Shown here: positions 10,896-24,040 of the stretch, in pieces
Layout of the letters: every line of letters begins with the position of its first letter
Position numbering within the stretch: the stretch's first letter is position 1
Source of the DNA: Chiloscyllium plagiosum
Taxonomy: Eukaryota
Direction of reading: 5' to 3'
Assembly (NCBI RefSeq): GCF_004010195.1
Contig: NC_057720.1
Coordinates: forward strand, 32,635,046 to 32,699,045
DNA: 64,000 bases
Program-made: the position numbers and the translations under genes
Notes under the pieces: model-generated
What the model saw: only the letters and a program-made list of their open reading frames with translations
What the model was told of the DNA's origin: nothing
Database searches by the model: none

Positions 10896-12794
10896 TTAAG
10901 AGCATGGCTTTAGTGAAGATGTGTATGCTTCCAATTGCTGCAAAAAGTGTCATATAAGTCTTGTGCAACAAATGTGGATATACAGACAGCTGGAAAATGT
11001 CTCTGTCTTAATAAACGCAGAGCAAGATTCTCCTTTCCCCATTCGGTTTATGTACAGCGTTCACAACTGAGAAGCTAGAAGATCTATTGTTTATACAGGA
11101 GCTCAACATCAACTCAAGCAGGAGTAAAATTTGAGAGGGGATATAGACTATCGATAACCATCGAAAATTCCAGGCAAAAGAACACCAGCGCCTCCAATCA
11201 CTGTAAAAGCTTGTCTTGCTCTCAGATGCTGACCTTTCTGCTGCATCAGGCATTAAACACACTCAATTTACAGCACACGTGTACAACAGCTGACACTGAG
11301 ACATACACAAACTGTACAGAACCAGACATGACTGAATGATTCCCCTCTACTCAAAATGTGCCATAACCCTCTCAAGAAATGGATTGGGCTAATGTGGCAT
11401 TTTGCAAACAAAAAGCTATTTATTGAAAGTACTGAATATGACGTTCCTCCTGTATTACAATGGAGCATTTGAAGCATTGCCAACAGGGCAGACAAATGTG
11501 CAAAAAAATTACAAGTTTTCCTGTCAATTCTGCTTACCCACTGCAGGATGAAAACAAATCATCAATTTTATCCATAATTACAGGTGTAGACTGGTGAATA
11601 TCAATATGCTAGGTTTTGCTCATTTACTAGGGAGTGGACACAAGGGCTACGTTTTCCAGTTGTTTTAAAGACTGACTGTTTTAATGCAATATGCGTTTAG
11701 TGCCTTTCCTGTTTATTTTAACTGTATGCACTTCTCCATTTTCTAGACTAAACTGTACATCTGAGAAAGACATAAATATTCTTCTAAAATTAGGCTTAAG
11801 TATAGGTCTGAAGTGCATTAAAAGCAATATTAAGTTTAATGAAATCTTTAAAAACAAACATTCCAAGATTTACTCCCAACATAAGTAAGTTTGGTCGTTA
11901 AAGAGTTCAGAGGTTCAGATAACTATTACGAATATCAGAAGAAGCATTGTCACCTTCTCCAAGTGATACCGCTTAATCCTTTGTGTCTATTATTCTCCCA
12001 TATCAGTGAGTTCCCGATCTCAGCCACTTTACTGTGGACAAATCCTAAGTGGAAGACAAGCATGTTATAAATGTCTCTGCTTTTTACATTGGCCTAAGAA
12101 CTGATCATCTGCCATCCATTCTTTTAACTATGATATATGTTGGAAGTGGGACAATAGTTGGCTAGATAGCTAGCATGTAGTTCTGAATGATGCCACCAAG
12201 ACAGGATTTTATTCCCAATATGGTAGTCTTTGCCCTGTCCTGTAACAAAACAGTGCAAACAGTGATTTAGTGAACCACAATGATCCTCAAATAATTGGGG
12301 ATGATAACTGGAGAAAATAGATGGAAGTTAGCCATACATTACAATATGTTATTTCTCAATTTAAAAAAATGCTTTTACCTAAAACAGGTGAAAAATCACT
12401 GTGAAAGTATATGGAAACTGAGATATGATGGTGGTGATTTAGGTAAAAAAAATTTATGACCTCCCTTTGTCAGCAATTCCAACACCAACACCAGCACCAA
12501 CTCATTTATTTCAGTTATTTCACCCTCTAGTACACCCAACAAGAATTTCAAGGATATTCCTTTATATGAGAAAATGTACAATTTATATGACAGACTTTTA
12601 ATTTATTAGACAAACTTTTAACTTAGGTGGTCCAGAATTATATGCTAGATTTGGAAATAAAGCAAAGGCTCTTTGATAAAGAAACATTTCAGAATTTTAT
12701 TTTCACTACCATCCCTCTTGTCATACGTGCTGGTTCAAGGACCCACTAGCCAAACAGTGCAGCACCATCAATAGTACTTTCAGAATTGATCATA

Positions 12795-13090
12795 AGCCTA
12801 TTGATTCAAGCCCTACTCTAGTGATTTAAGCTGACACTAAGGTGTAGTACTGAAGGAGTGCTGCACTGTCAGAAGTGCAGTCTGTTGGGCAAGCTGCTAA
12901 ACTTTAATGAAAATCAACGAATCTGGTTATTATCGCGTTGTAGTTTGTGGCAGTCTGCTATACATAAATTGGCTGCCATGTTTCCTACATTATAATGGCA
13001 ACACACCTCAAAAGTATTTGAGTGCCTTTAGGCAACTTTGGTGATGATCTGAGATTGTGTAAAATGTTATACAGATACAAGTCGTTAGTT
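12795..13090 (+). mobile_element. DeuSINE (SacSINE1/AmnSINE1-like)
   Basis: gctgacact..gtagtactgaaggagtgctgcactgtcagaagtgc (Deu domain) and aaattggctgccatgtttcctacatta...aaagtattt tail. Confidence 0.7.
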
Positions 13091-14707
13091 TTTTCAATCA
13101 TTCTTTTCACCTAATTGATAAGAAACCTGCAGCAACCACAAGACACAATGATTGAGATAACAAAGCATTATCAAACATGATATTTACAAAATATTTGTAA
13201 AATATTTTTCACATCTCAGGAAGAGTGACAGGCAGGCATAAGCTATTTTTCATTATCAATATTTTTACCCATGAGGATTAGGGTTTTCTACATCTTCACT
13301 GATCCAATTGTAGGATGAACATATAAAAATAAATGCTCAATATTTTCTCTATCCTACAAATGGTTCGCATTGGTCTGGAGTGATTTTATGAGCATGTTCC
13401 TCAATCTTTTTCTTTTGAATCATGTATCATCACACAGGAACCAAATGGTTGGAAGGAATTTAAACCTACCCATCAGGGTGAGCTATGGATTAAAACTGTG
13501 GCAAATTTAGCTGCCCATAGCCATTTCAACTGTGCTAGACCATCAAAACTTAGGCTATGATGTTGGAGTTTTGGCAGTCAGATCAGGGCTATTGAGCACT
13601 TTGGATGGAGTAGCTTGCCACTTTCTGTATAGGTTACCTGTGATCCTGTGTTTTGCTTACTCACGCTCAGTAAGTAGTGGAAGCCCCTCCTGCTGCATTG
13701 TAGAGGATACAGAAGGAAAAGCAGATCCAGGTGGACCTCTTTGAAGTCACCAAATGAATGAACCTGCTCTCAGGAAGACTTTCTACTTTGCAGCCTATAG
13801 AGCAGCAGAGACTTCTAATGACATTAGTAAGTCAGTCAGATATTTTAATGGAGTAACTACTTTTCTCTTCCTAAGCTTCCATTGAGGAGATCAATGCAGT
13901 ACTCTTCCTAGCAAATGGGACACTTCAGGTGTTGAACATCTCCTTACAGCCTCTATGTTTGTCTACGCTCCATGCTGGTCTACCCAGAGGATTCCCTATA
14001 TGGGGTGCAACTGTTTGATACAACGTGAAGGAATCTGGGGTGGGTGGCATAAATATTTCAACGACGTTAAGAAACTCTGCTGTAGGCCCCATAAAGATCT
14101 CTTTCTAAAACCACAATTAAGCTTAATAATTGTTTACACGAAGGGGGTTAAAAAAATGTAACTTTTTTCTGTTGCACATTTTTCTTCCATATGCATTGAT
14201 TGAACCTCGTATGTGGCAAACAGCTTGCTTCTGGGTGGTTATGTCAGTCTAACGAGTGACCACAATGTATCTATCAGCTAATAGCCTGCTACAAAGCCTG
14301 AGTTAATACCAGCTTCCAGCAGCTGTTTGTTTTAAGAAGCTTTGACAGCTTTGACTGTGTGAAAACAGTTAAATACTTTACAGGGACCAGAGCACTGCCA
14401 GGCTAATTCAAAACTTGCATAATTTAATTTTCCAATTCGGCTTTGATATTGTTTGAGCTTCAAACAATGAATTCCATTGAGGAGAAATAAAGAGGAGATA
14501 TGCATGGCCTTTAACCTCTCATGTCTGATCGCAAACGTGTTTTGGAACTTGGTGCTTTTACTGCTGGGTTCTAAATTTGAATGTAGGTCAAAAATTGGAG
14601 AAAGTGATTGAAATCTGCAATGGTTTAAGGTATTATCTTTTCACCTTTTGGACTTCATTGCCCTTCAAACTTAGAAAGTTAGGATCAAATTCTCCACCTT
14701 CTTATCA

Positions 14708-14960
14708 GGCACTGGGTGGCACAACAGTTATAAGATTGTCCTTTTATCAGTGGGATCTTGATTGAAATTCAACCTAGCAAGAGGGAATGGAGGCCCCTTC
14801 AATGACAGCTATTAACAGTCACAAACTAAATAGGTTCAGGTAGGCATCAATCCAGATGCCAGTAGACACAAAGCTGTGGAATTAAGCAGCTCCCAAATTT
14901 GTCGCTAATTGGCACCAATTCAACGATCACATTCACAGTGGCCATAAGTGTGGGAAATTA
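14708..14960 (+). mobile_element. Ancient LF-SINE-like element
   Basis: actgggtggc head; tcaatccagatgccagtagaca and aatttgtcgctaattggcacc resemble LF-SINE consensus motifs from memory. A related copy lies at 46150-46395. Confidence 0.5.
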
Positions 14961-16046
14961 ATGAGGCACCATCTTGTAACTAAATAAAGGACTGCTCAGC
15001 ATGTTTTCACAACATGCAATGCATCTAGCTAAATCCTATTAAAAAGCATCATCACGTCACTTGTGCGTGATGTCCTTATAACAAAATGAGCCTAGACTCT
15101 CCAATTTACTAACATTTTTCATGAAGACAATATTCTCACAAAGGGTGAGACAAATAACATAGAGGTCTGATTCTCCTGTACCTATTTTCACAAGAGTAAT
15201 AGGTTGTGTAAATGTCCAATGTATGAGCAGTCATGTGCAAACACTGGACACTGCACTTTATCAAGGTTAGGAGTGCCAGGGGTGCAGGGGGGGTCAGTAT
15301 AGTTTGTGTGTGTTTTTGGTAGGAGGTGGGTGAAAGGGGTGGGGGTATTGACAGTGTAAACATGCCTGCCCTGAAACATAACACAATGGGGATAGGCTAC
15401 ATTGGTGGAGGGTAGAACGTCTGCCCACCCGTGTAAGTCCCACTCTCAGAAGCTGCCAAACTGATCAGTTGGCAGGTCCAGCAGTACCAGTGATTGTAGT
15501 GGGCAATGCCAAGGCAGGAGGAAGCACAAGGAAGATCCTGGCTGTGTCAGAAAGGTAAGACATGGGATTTTAGGGGGAGGATCCTATAAGCCAGTGGTGA
15601 GGTGGGGTGTCAGCTTTTAGCAAGCTGGTGGTGCAGGAGGAAGGGCTGTTTGACAATGTTGGATTGATGGTGCCAATGTATGTAAGGTTAGCACCCATGT
15701 GACGTGCCTCTTTTCCTTCCTACCAAAGCCAAGGAGAAAGATCATGAGTCCGAAAGCTTTATGTGCTTCATTTTCTCCAAACCAGCCCCTTTAAACTTCA
15801 CCTTCTTTCTTTGTGGTACCCAGAGTTGGATACCACATTCACAGTGTGGTTTGTTAGCTTTTGTAAAGCTCTGTGCCTGTGCTTGCAAAGCCCATTGAAA
15901 CTACAGGTTTCAGTACAGCCACACCTTGATCAGACAGCCCCACACAGTTTGGTAATTTATATTATACAACCAGCTCTGCTTCTTTGAATATGGCCCTAAC
16001 CAATATCCAGGTAGTGCCACCCAAAGCCTTGAACGTCTCAAGCAAG

Positions 16047-16371
16047 AGCAACGCAGTGGCTCAGTGGCTACCACTGCTGCCTCACAGCGCTAGGGACCCG
16101 GGTTCAACTCAACCCTCAGGCACTGTCTGTGTGGAGTTTGCACATTCTCCCTGTGTCTGTGTGGGTTTCCTCCCACAGTCACAAAGATGTGCAGATTAGG
16201 TGGATTAACCAAACTAAATTGCCCATAGTGTACAGAGATGTGTAGGCTTAGGTGGATTGCCCACAGGAACTGCAGGGTTACAGGAAATATGTAGGGGGTG
16301 GTATGCTCTTCTGAGGGTAAGTATGGACTCCATGGGCCAAATGGCCTGCATCTACACTGTAGAATTTCTAT
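16047..16371 (+). mobile_element. HE1-type V-SINE
   Basis: A box gtggctcagtgg, B box gggttcaactc, V-domain tgtgtggagtttgcacattctcc, CR1-like tail. Confidence 0.9.
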
Positions 16372-16407
16372 GAACATCATAAACAGCAACACTATATACA
16401 AATGAGA

Positions 16408-17897
16408 ATAGAGAGTCATAGAGATGTACAGCATGGAAACATACCCTTCGGTCCAACCCATCAATGCCGACCAGATATCCCAACCCAATCTAGTCCCACC
16501 TGCCAGCACCCGGCCCATATCCTTCCAAACCCTTCCTATTCATATACCCATCCAAATGCCTCTTAAATGTTGGAATTGTACCAGCCTCCACCACTTATTC
16601 TGGCAGCTCATTCCATACACGTATCACCCTATGCGTGAAAAAGTTGCCCCTTAGGTCTCTTTTATATCTTTCCCCTCTCACCCTAAACCTATGCCCTCTA
16701 GTTCTGCACCTCCTGACCCCAGGGAAAAGACTTTGCCTATTTATCCTATCCATGCCCCTCATAATTTTGTAAACCTCTATAAAGTCACCCCTCAGCCTCT
16801 CCCAGTAGCTCAAATCATCCAACCCTGGCAACATCCTTGTAAATCTCTTCTGAACCCTTTCAAGTTTCACAACATCCTTCCGATAGGAAGGAGACCAGAA
16901 TTGCACGTAATATTCCAATAGTGGCCTAACCAATGTCCTGTACAGCCGCAACATGACCTCCCAACTCCTGTACTCAATACTCTGACCAATAAAGGAAAGC
17001 ACACCAAACGCCTCCTTCGCTATCCTATCTACCTGCGGCTCCACTTTCAAGGAGCTATGAACTTGCACTCTGTACCTCTTATGCTCGCATCCAAATCATT
17101 TATGTAAATGACAAAAAGTAGTTGACCCAGCACCAATCCTTGTGGCACACCACTGGTCGCAGGCCTCCAGTCTGAAAAACAACCCTCCACCACCATTGTC
17201 TTCCAACTTTGAGCCAGTTCTGTATCCAAATGGCTAGTTCCCCCTGTATTCCATGAGATCTAACCTTGCTAACCAGTCTCCTGTGGTGAACCTTGTGGAA
17301 ACCCTTACTGAAGTCCATATAGGTTACATCTACTGCTCTGCCCTCATCAGACTCTTTGTTACTTCCTCAAAAAACTCAATCAAGTTTGTGAGACATGATT
17401 TCCCATGCACAAAGCCATATTGACTATCCCTAATCAGTCCTTGCCTTTCCAAATACATGGTACATCCTGTCCTTCAGGATTCCCTCCAATGACTTGCACA
17501 CAACCGAGGTCAGGCTCACCGGTTTATAGTTCTGTGGTTTGTCATTACCAGCCTTCTTAAACAGTGGCACCATGTTAGCCAACCTCCAGTCTTCCGGCAC
17601 CTCACCTGTGACTATCGATGATACAAATATCTCAGCAAGAGGCCCAGCAATCACTTCTCTAGCTTCCCACAGAGTTCTAGGGTACACCTGATCAGGTGAA
17701 TTTATCCACCTTTACCTGTTTCAAGACATCCAGCACTTCCTCCTCTGTAATCTGGACATTTTGCAAGATGTCACCATCTATTTCCCTACATTCTATGTCT
17801 TCCATGTACTTTTCCACCGTAAACACTGATGCAAAATATTCATTTAGTATCTCCCCCATTTTCTGCGGCTCCACACAAAGACCGCCTTGCTGGTCTG
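16408..17897 (-). mobile_element. CR1/HER1 LINE, 5'-truncated ORF2 (RT) with deletions and frameshifts
   Basis: Collinear minus ORFs: [72 protein letters not shown]. Confidence 0.95.
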
Positions 17898-18051
17898 CTA
17901 ACTGCGCAATATTCTATTGGCATTGGACTCCTGGTCTCACTTCCAAGTTTAGAGAAAAACAACCAATAGTGTCACCCATCACACACGTGATAATTCACAA
18001 TGTCTATCCATGAAACTGGCTTTGTTAACACTAAAAGTACATTGCGCTAAG

Positions 18052-18691
18052 TGTGACAATACTATGGCTTAACAAGGTGTATTTTGTTCTGCTTTATTTT
18101 GTGAAAAGAGCTTGAGACAGAGGTACAGAGCAGTCTATTCCAAGCTAATAAAGTAAACAGTTTGTGAGGCCTTTAGCACTTTTTCCTAAAAGTTGGAACA
18201 ATAGAGGTAGCATGAATGGATGGGTTCAAGCTCCCACAGAACCAGGTTGCTGGAGTTTTGAAGTTAGCTGTGGAATCTGTTCCATATCTCTCAGCTATAA
18301 CTAAAAGCTTGAGTTCTCTCTCTGTCAGAATTTTCTCTTGATTTTCTTTCCTCCTGGACTGGAGAACCATTACGTGTGAGACAATCTATTTTACTGAACT
18401 TGCCTTTGTCAAAGGGTGTTACTGTATTGAAACAGTTGCTGTTTAGCAATTAAGTAATCTATTATTCTGATAGGTTTTCCAATAGAGTTAAAGTTAGACC
18501 AATTCTTCTTTCTTTGTTTGCATTTTAACTGTAGAGTAAGAATAAAGTGTGTTTTCTATAAAATCAGGTAGCGTAACCAATTGAATTACATCTGAAACAC
18601 AACACCTGTGTTTGTCTTTAAATATGAAAAAGTTTGGATCCAGGCTATTTTCTTGATATATTTGAAGAATATTTGGGTTGGATCCTTAACA
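18052..18691 (+). repeat. 5' LTR of the Gmr1-like element, followed by a degenerate tRNA-Pro-like PBS (~18695-18713)
   Basis: Starts tgtgac, ends ttaaca, contains aataaa. Then tgggggcgcttgttgggat versus the canonical Pro PBS tgggggctcgtccgggat. Confidence 0.85.
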
Positions 18692-21299
18692 AACTGGGGG
18701 CGCTTGTTGGGATCAAATTCCAGGTTGGATTTAGGATTACTGAACTCTAAGACAGCCAGTGTTGAGTGTGGGAGTTTTCTTTTTGGGTGTTGTATTCTGC
18801 TGGTTTAAACAGGGTGTGCCTTGCGTAGTAGTGGCTCTTTCTGTCACTAAGAATTTCCTGGGGTGTAAGAAGTCACTTTTGGGATCTTTACAGAAAGTGA
18901 GCAAAGCAAAGCTTTTGGAATTGGCAAACAACTTGAAGTTCGAGTTGTGTGTGTCTGTGAGGAAAGGGGAGATTGCACTAATAGCTCTACATTTACAATT
19001 GCCAGAAATGCAAACAGAATAATTGGAAATGGCTAAAATTCAATTGCAAGTAAAACAGCTTGAATATGTAAAGGAAGCGAAAGAGTCTGAATTCAGATTA
19101 AAAGTGGAGGGAAAAGAAAAAGAAAGGAAGGCCTAAGCAGAAGAGAGGGAGAAAGAAAAAAAAGTTTGAACTTTGGAGGTTGGCAATGAGAAAGAAAAGT
19201 TGACTTAAAATAATGGAGGCAAAGCTAGAAGGTAGTAATAGTAATGGGGACAATGATAAAGAGCATATTCAAAAGTCTGGTGGGAATCTGTTTAAATATG
19301 TCCAAGTGTTCCCGGGGGTTTGATGAAAATGATATAGAAGCCTTTTTCATTTCATTTGAGAAAGTGGCTAAACAAAGGAAGTGGCCAGTGACCATATAGC
19401 TATTGTTGGTTCAAACAAAATTGGTAGGCAGAGTCACTATTACAGGAGGTATCTGAGGAATTTGATGAGATGAAAAAAGTCATCTTAAATGTATATGAAC
19501 TACTGGCAGAAGCCTACAGACAATGTTTTAAAAATTCAAAGTAGGGAACCTAGTCAAACATATGTAGAGTTTGAAAGGTACAAACAAAGTAACTTTGAAA
19601 GGGCATTGAAAATAGATCAGACATATGATGCTCTTAGAGAGACTTATTTCAAGGAGTTCAAAAATTCACTTCCTGAAGTAGTGAGAACTCATACGGAAGA
19701 GAGTTAAAACTGCAATTAGCAGCAGAAATAGCACATGGTTGTGAGTTAGTTCGTAAATCAAAGTTGGCTTCCGACATCAATTTCAATCTGTGAGGGACAA
19801 AAATTGGGGAAAAGAGGAATCCTCAGGGAGTGAAGGAAAAGGAGATCTCATTGAAGATAATAAAAATAGTTCACCTCAGGTTGAAAAAGAAACCCATGAG
19901 GGAGGAAGAGAAGTAAACACGCTCAGGTGTTTTCACTGTAATAAAATAGGACAGATGAAGTCGCAGTGTTGGTGGTTTAAGAAAAGCAGGGTAAGGTAAA
20001 GAATTGCAGAAAGATATACATCCTGGTCAGGGGTTGGCTAATAAGAAAGTACCAGGTCTATTTAAAGAATTTACTTGTGTGGGTAAGGTTTACTCATGTG
20101 TACCAGGAGGTGTAGGTAAAGAAATTAAAATTTTAAGAGATCCAGGAGCAAGTCAATCTTTGATGGTGAGAGATAAGGAGTATTGTATTTTGGAAGGAGT
20201 ATTGCCAGAAAAGATGGTAATATGTGGAATTCATGGTGAGACGAGTAGTGTTCCATTATACAGAATAAGGTGAAGTTGGAGGGTCCGGTGAAAAGTGGTG
20301 ATAGAGAAATTCTCCTTTCCAGAGATACAGTTTATCCTTAGGAATTATATAGCTGGATCACTAGTTGGAGAGATTCCTACCGTGGAAACGCAAGTGGAAA
20401 ATTAGGCAACTGACATGCTACATTAAGTACATCCTGGGATTTTTCCTGACTATGTGGTAACAAGGTCAAAAACCCACTCGTTGAAACAGGAGGAGAAAGC
20501 AAAGAATAATGATAAGGAAGTTGAAGTTCAAATATCAGAAACTGTGTTTGATTAAATGGTTGAGGAAAAACAAGAACAGGTGGAGGAAAAAGTGGATGCT
20601 TTTAGTTCAGAGAGATTAGCTGAATTCTAACAAAAAATGAAAAGAAAGCAGTTGTATAAAAAAAAATGCACAGAAGAAGAATGTGAATGTATCCCAGAAT
20701 GTTACGATCTTAAAAATGAAGTATTGGTGAGGAGATGGAGACAATTATATTTTCAGGCAGATGGAAAATGGGCAGAAGTTCATCAAGTTGTATTACTGGT
20801 GGGTTTTAGAAAGAAGATATTGCATGTAACACATGAGGTACCAGTAGGAGATCGTTTGTAAGTAAGGAAAACTCAAGCCAAAATACAAAAATATTTTCAT
20901 TGGCTTGGACTGCATAGAGATGTGGTTGAATTTTGGTGGACATGTCATACATGTCAGGTAATTGGAAAACCACAGGCAGTGATAAAACCAGCATGATTAA
21001 TACCAGTTTCAGCATGTGAAGAAACTTTTACAAGAATGTTAATTGATTGCAAAGGATCCTTCCCCAAAACAAAAAACAGGAATCAGTATTTGTTGACCAT
21101 AATGGATGTGTCTCCAAGACTTCTAGGGGCCATTCCATTAAGCAATATCATAGCTAAAAGGATTGCCAAAGAGTTACTCAAGTTTTTTTTTACTAGATAC
21201 AGACTACCTACAAAAATATAATCAGATTAAAGGTCAAATTTTACATTCAATTTATTCAGGGAAGTTATGGATAGCTTAAGAATGAAACAATTTAAATAT

Positions 21300-21586
21300 C
21301 AGCACAGTGGCTTAGTGGTTAGCACTGCTGCCTCACAGCGCCAGGGACCCGGGTTCAATTCCCACCTCGGGCAACTGTCTGTGTGGAGTTTCCACATTCT
21401 CTCCCCGTGTCTGTGTGGGTTTCCCCCCACAGTCCAAAGATGTGCAGGTTAGGTGAATTGGTCATGCTAAATTGTCCATAGTGTTAGGTGTAGGGGAATG
21501 GGTCTGGATGGGTTGCTCTTTGGAGGGTCGGTGTGGACTTGTTGGGCTGAAGGGCCTATTTCCACATTGTAGGGAATCTAATCTAA
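21300..21586 (+). mobile_element. HE1-type V-SINE inserted in the Gypsy integrase
   Basis: Pol III A/B boxes, V-domain, aatctaatct tail. Confidence 0.92.
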
Positions 21587-21616
21587 ACTATGTACCATCC
21601 AGGATTGCAAAGACCA

Positions 21617-21796
21617 TTTTGTTTGTATGTTAACTGCATGGTAAGAATAAAGTGTGCTTTGCTTAAAGCCAAGTTGTGTAACCAATTGAATTAAATCTGG
21701 AACACAGCCCTTTACAGTTGCCTTTAAATAAGAAAATGTTAGGATCCAGGCTATCTCCTTGATATATTGGAAGGGGGTTTGGTTTGATCCGTAACA
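21617..21796 (+). repeat. Partial 3' LTR (3' ~180 bp) of the Gmr1-like element
   Basis: Aligns to ~18512-18691 (gtaagaataaagtgtg, gtaaccaattgaatta, ggatccaggctat) and ends gtaaca. Confidence 0.88.
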
Positions 21797-21883
21797 CTAA
21801 GTAATAACCATTTGCTCATTTTAAACTGAAACTAATCACACTTATAAATGCTGAGTATGGAAACCTAAAAAGACAGATTCTAT

Positions 21884-22095
21884 TATGGATACTGGAAATC
21901 TGAACTTTAAAGAGAACATTTCTCTTTACAAATTCTGTAGCATTTCATGGAAATATTTAGCAGGTCAGGCAGTATTTGTGGAGAGACAGTGTCAAGACTT
22001 CAGGTTGACAATCATCACTAGGTTTCTGACCCCTGTTTCTCTCCACATTGATTCTGCCAGTCGTTTTGAGAATTTGCACTCTTCCCATTTCTATT
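21884..22095. mobile_element. Degenerate palindromic family B mini-element
   Basis: ggatactggaaatctgaac...gcaggtcaggcagtatttgtggagagacag and the inverted ctgtttctctccaca arm. Confidence 0.5.
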
Positions 22096-22373
22096 GGAGC
22101 AAAAATAACCTCTCTTTTCCTCACCCTCCAAAAAGGACATCTTGTTCGTCACTTGTTTCCATTCCGCAAGAAATGCAGTAACAGCTGCCTGAGATATGTG
22201 TTGGCACAACATTAAACATGAGTTTTTGAAAAAAATGCATGAAGAAAACATAAACAATGTGCTTAGCAAAAACAAAATCAATGTCAAGGAAATAAACTGA
22301 TTATTTATTTTTAAAAACGAGCAATTAATTAAATTCCTGAACAGCAGAGAAACTAATAAAAATCTTTGTTTAC

Positions 22374-22880
22374 CTTTTCAGTTAAGCAGCAGAGCTCGAG
22401 AGAGAGACAGACTGACTGCTCCAAGTCCTAGTTACCACAGGAGGGGAAGGAGGATGGGATACGATTAAGAGTTGAATTTATGAATTGAATTTAACTAACA
22501 CGCACTTTGCGATCGCCTCTGCTCCAAAAAACGCAAATTGATCTTGGTAGAATTCACACTAAACTGGGCATCAGAAGTAGATTTCCTTTGAGTCTTGTTT
22601 TTCTTCTTCTCTCAGCTCAGTGTCTGGAAAGGTCTTTGGGCAGGGAAGGGAGGCTACTTATGCAGATCTGCTCCACAGAAGCCTGTGTATGTGTGTTCAG
22701 TTCACATCCAGTTTTAGAGTTTACTGTCTCTCACACATACACAGTTATGAATATGTGGGCACTGGGTCGGAAAGACCTTGTTCTAGAGTCAGATGCCATC
22801 AAGAGAGGGACAAGTCAAAAAGCGATCACTGCAGGTAGTGATGAGGCACTGGTGTTTCAAGTGATGTACCTTTAAATACT
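22374..22880 (-). promoter_or_regulatory. Candidate promoter and non-coding first exon of an unidentified minus-strand gene
   Basis: TATA-like TATTTAAAGG (minus, 22878-22869); repeat-free sequence with several retained CpGs; donor AAG|GTAAAC at 22374/22373. Confidence 0.35.
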
Positions 22881-23109
22881 GCCACAAATTGCACCCAAAG
22901 TGGGGTACAACAGAGGTAGCTGTTACATGACTATGGCATGCCTGCCAATACATATAGGGTACAATTCCATTTCTTTAAATCGTCCCGTCTCCGTTAATGA
23001 CAAATATACATACGCTATCATTTGCAGTTACAAGTTACACACGTTACCCAATATACATGGTCACAAAGAAAATTTTCATTCATTAACAGAGCTATGTGTT
23101 AATGTTAGA

Positions 23110-23321
23110 CATAGAGTCATAGAGGTGTACAGCACTGAAACAGACCCTTCAGTCCAACTCGTCCATGCCAACCAGACATCCCAACCCAATCTAGTCCCAC
23201 CTGCCAGCACTTGGCCCATATCCCTCCAAACCCTTCCTATTCATATACCCATCCAGATGCCTTTTACAAGTTGCAGTTGTACCAGCCTCCACCACTTCTT
23301 CTGGCAGCTCATTCCATACAC
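23110..23321 (-). mobile_element. CR1/HER1 LINE 3' end
   Basis: catagagtcatagag tail and WNELPEEVVEAG region on the minus strand. Confidence 0.9.
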
Positions 23322-24040
23322 TTTAAAGGTCAATTTCACTTTAATCAGTCTCTGCACAAGTATTACATGCATAGTCTTAAAGTTGTGCAGGTCTCCTGAC
23401 GATGCGGATTGCAATTGATTCTTCATCTAGTACCTGCACATTCCTGGTGTAATGCTCATTCTCTGGTTAAGTGTCATTCACTTGGTGAGCGCTGTTGCCA
23501 TACAAGTGTTGCTGCTGACGCAGTTCTGTTACTGGGAACAATGGATGTCTGGGAATAATGAGGTTTCTGTACTCTGTGCTGGTGAAGAGATCACATATTC
23601 CTGATTATCTACCTGCACTGAAGTAACAGCCATTCTGTTGTATGGAAGTATCCGCAATTGCAGTGATCGACCTGATCACTAATATTCAATGTATACAATC
23701 AGGGCAACAACTGTTCAAAATGGGTTCTAGGTTGCCACATGTACTGACTTTTGTTAAGAGTGTTGAATGTTTGCACTCTGACTGGTTCTACAAAGTTCAA
23801 TTCTGGCAATGACTTGGTAGTTTTAGTGACAAGTGCAGTTTTAGTGCAAAGTGAAATTTAACCTTTCAATGTTTCACCTTGATTTTGTCACTCATGCCTG
23901 TTAGTAGTCGTTCAGTAAGCTTTAGTATTATTTTGCTATTGGGAGAGTAACTTGAGTGTGGCGTGACTTTAGTCTTTGGACTGGACTATTTTCCACGCCT
24001 ACAGTTAGTGTATTTCTTTATTCAAGGATTACCTCATATA

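Larger units (their letters stand above)
18052..21796 (+). mobile_element. Gmr1-like Ty3/Gypsy LTR retrotransposon, internally deleted (gag, PR, IN; no RT/RH)
   Basis: TG...CA ends with 5-bp TSD ctaag (18047-18051 / 21797-21801). Gag zinc knuckle remnant CFHCNKIGQMKSQC; protease KILRDPGASQSL; integrase HHCC-like region ~20830-20960 and core IDCKGSFPKTKNRNQYLLTIMD directly after PR. HE1 SINE inserted in IN. Confidence 0.9.

Noticed and set aside
16047..16125. tRNA-like sequence with A and B boxes (also at the other HE1 heads)
   Set aside because: SINE heads continuing into the V-domain and LINE tail, not tRNA genes.
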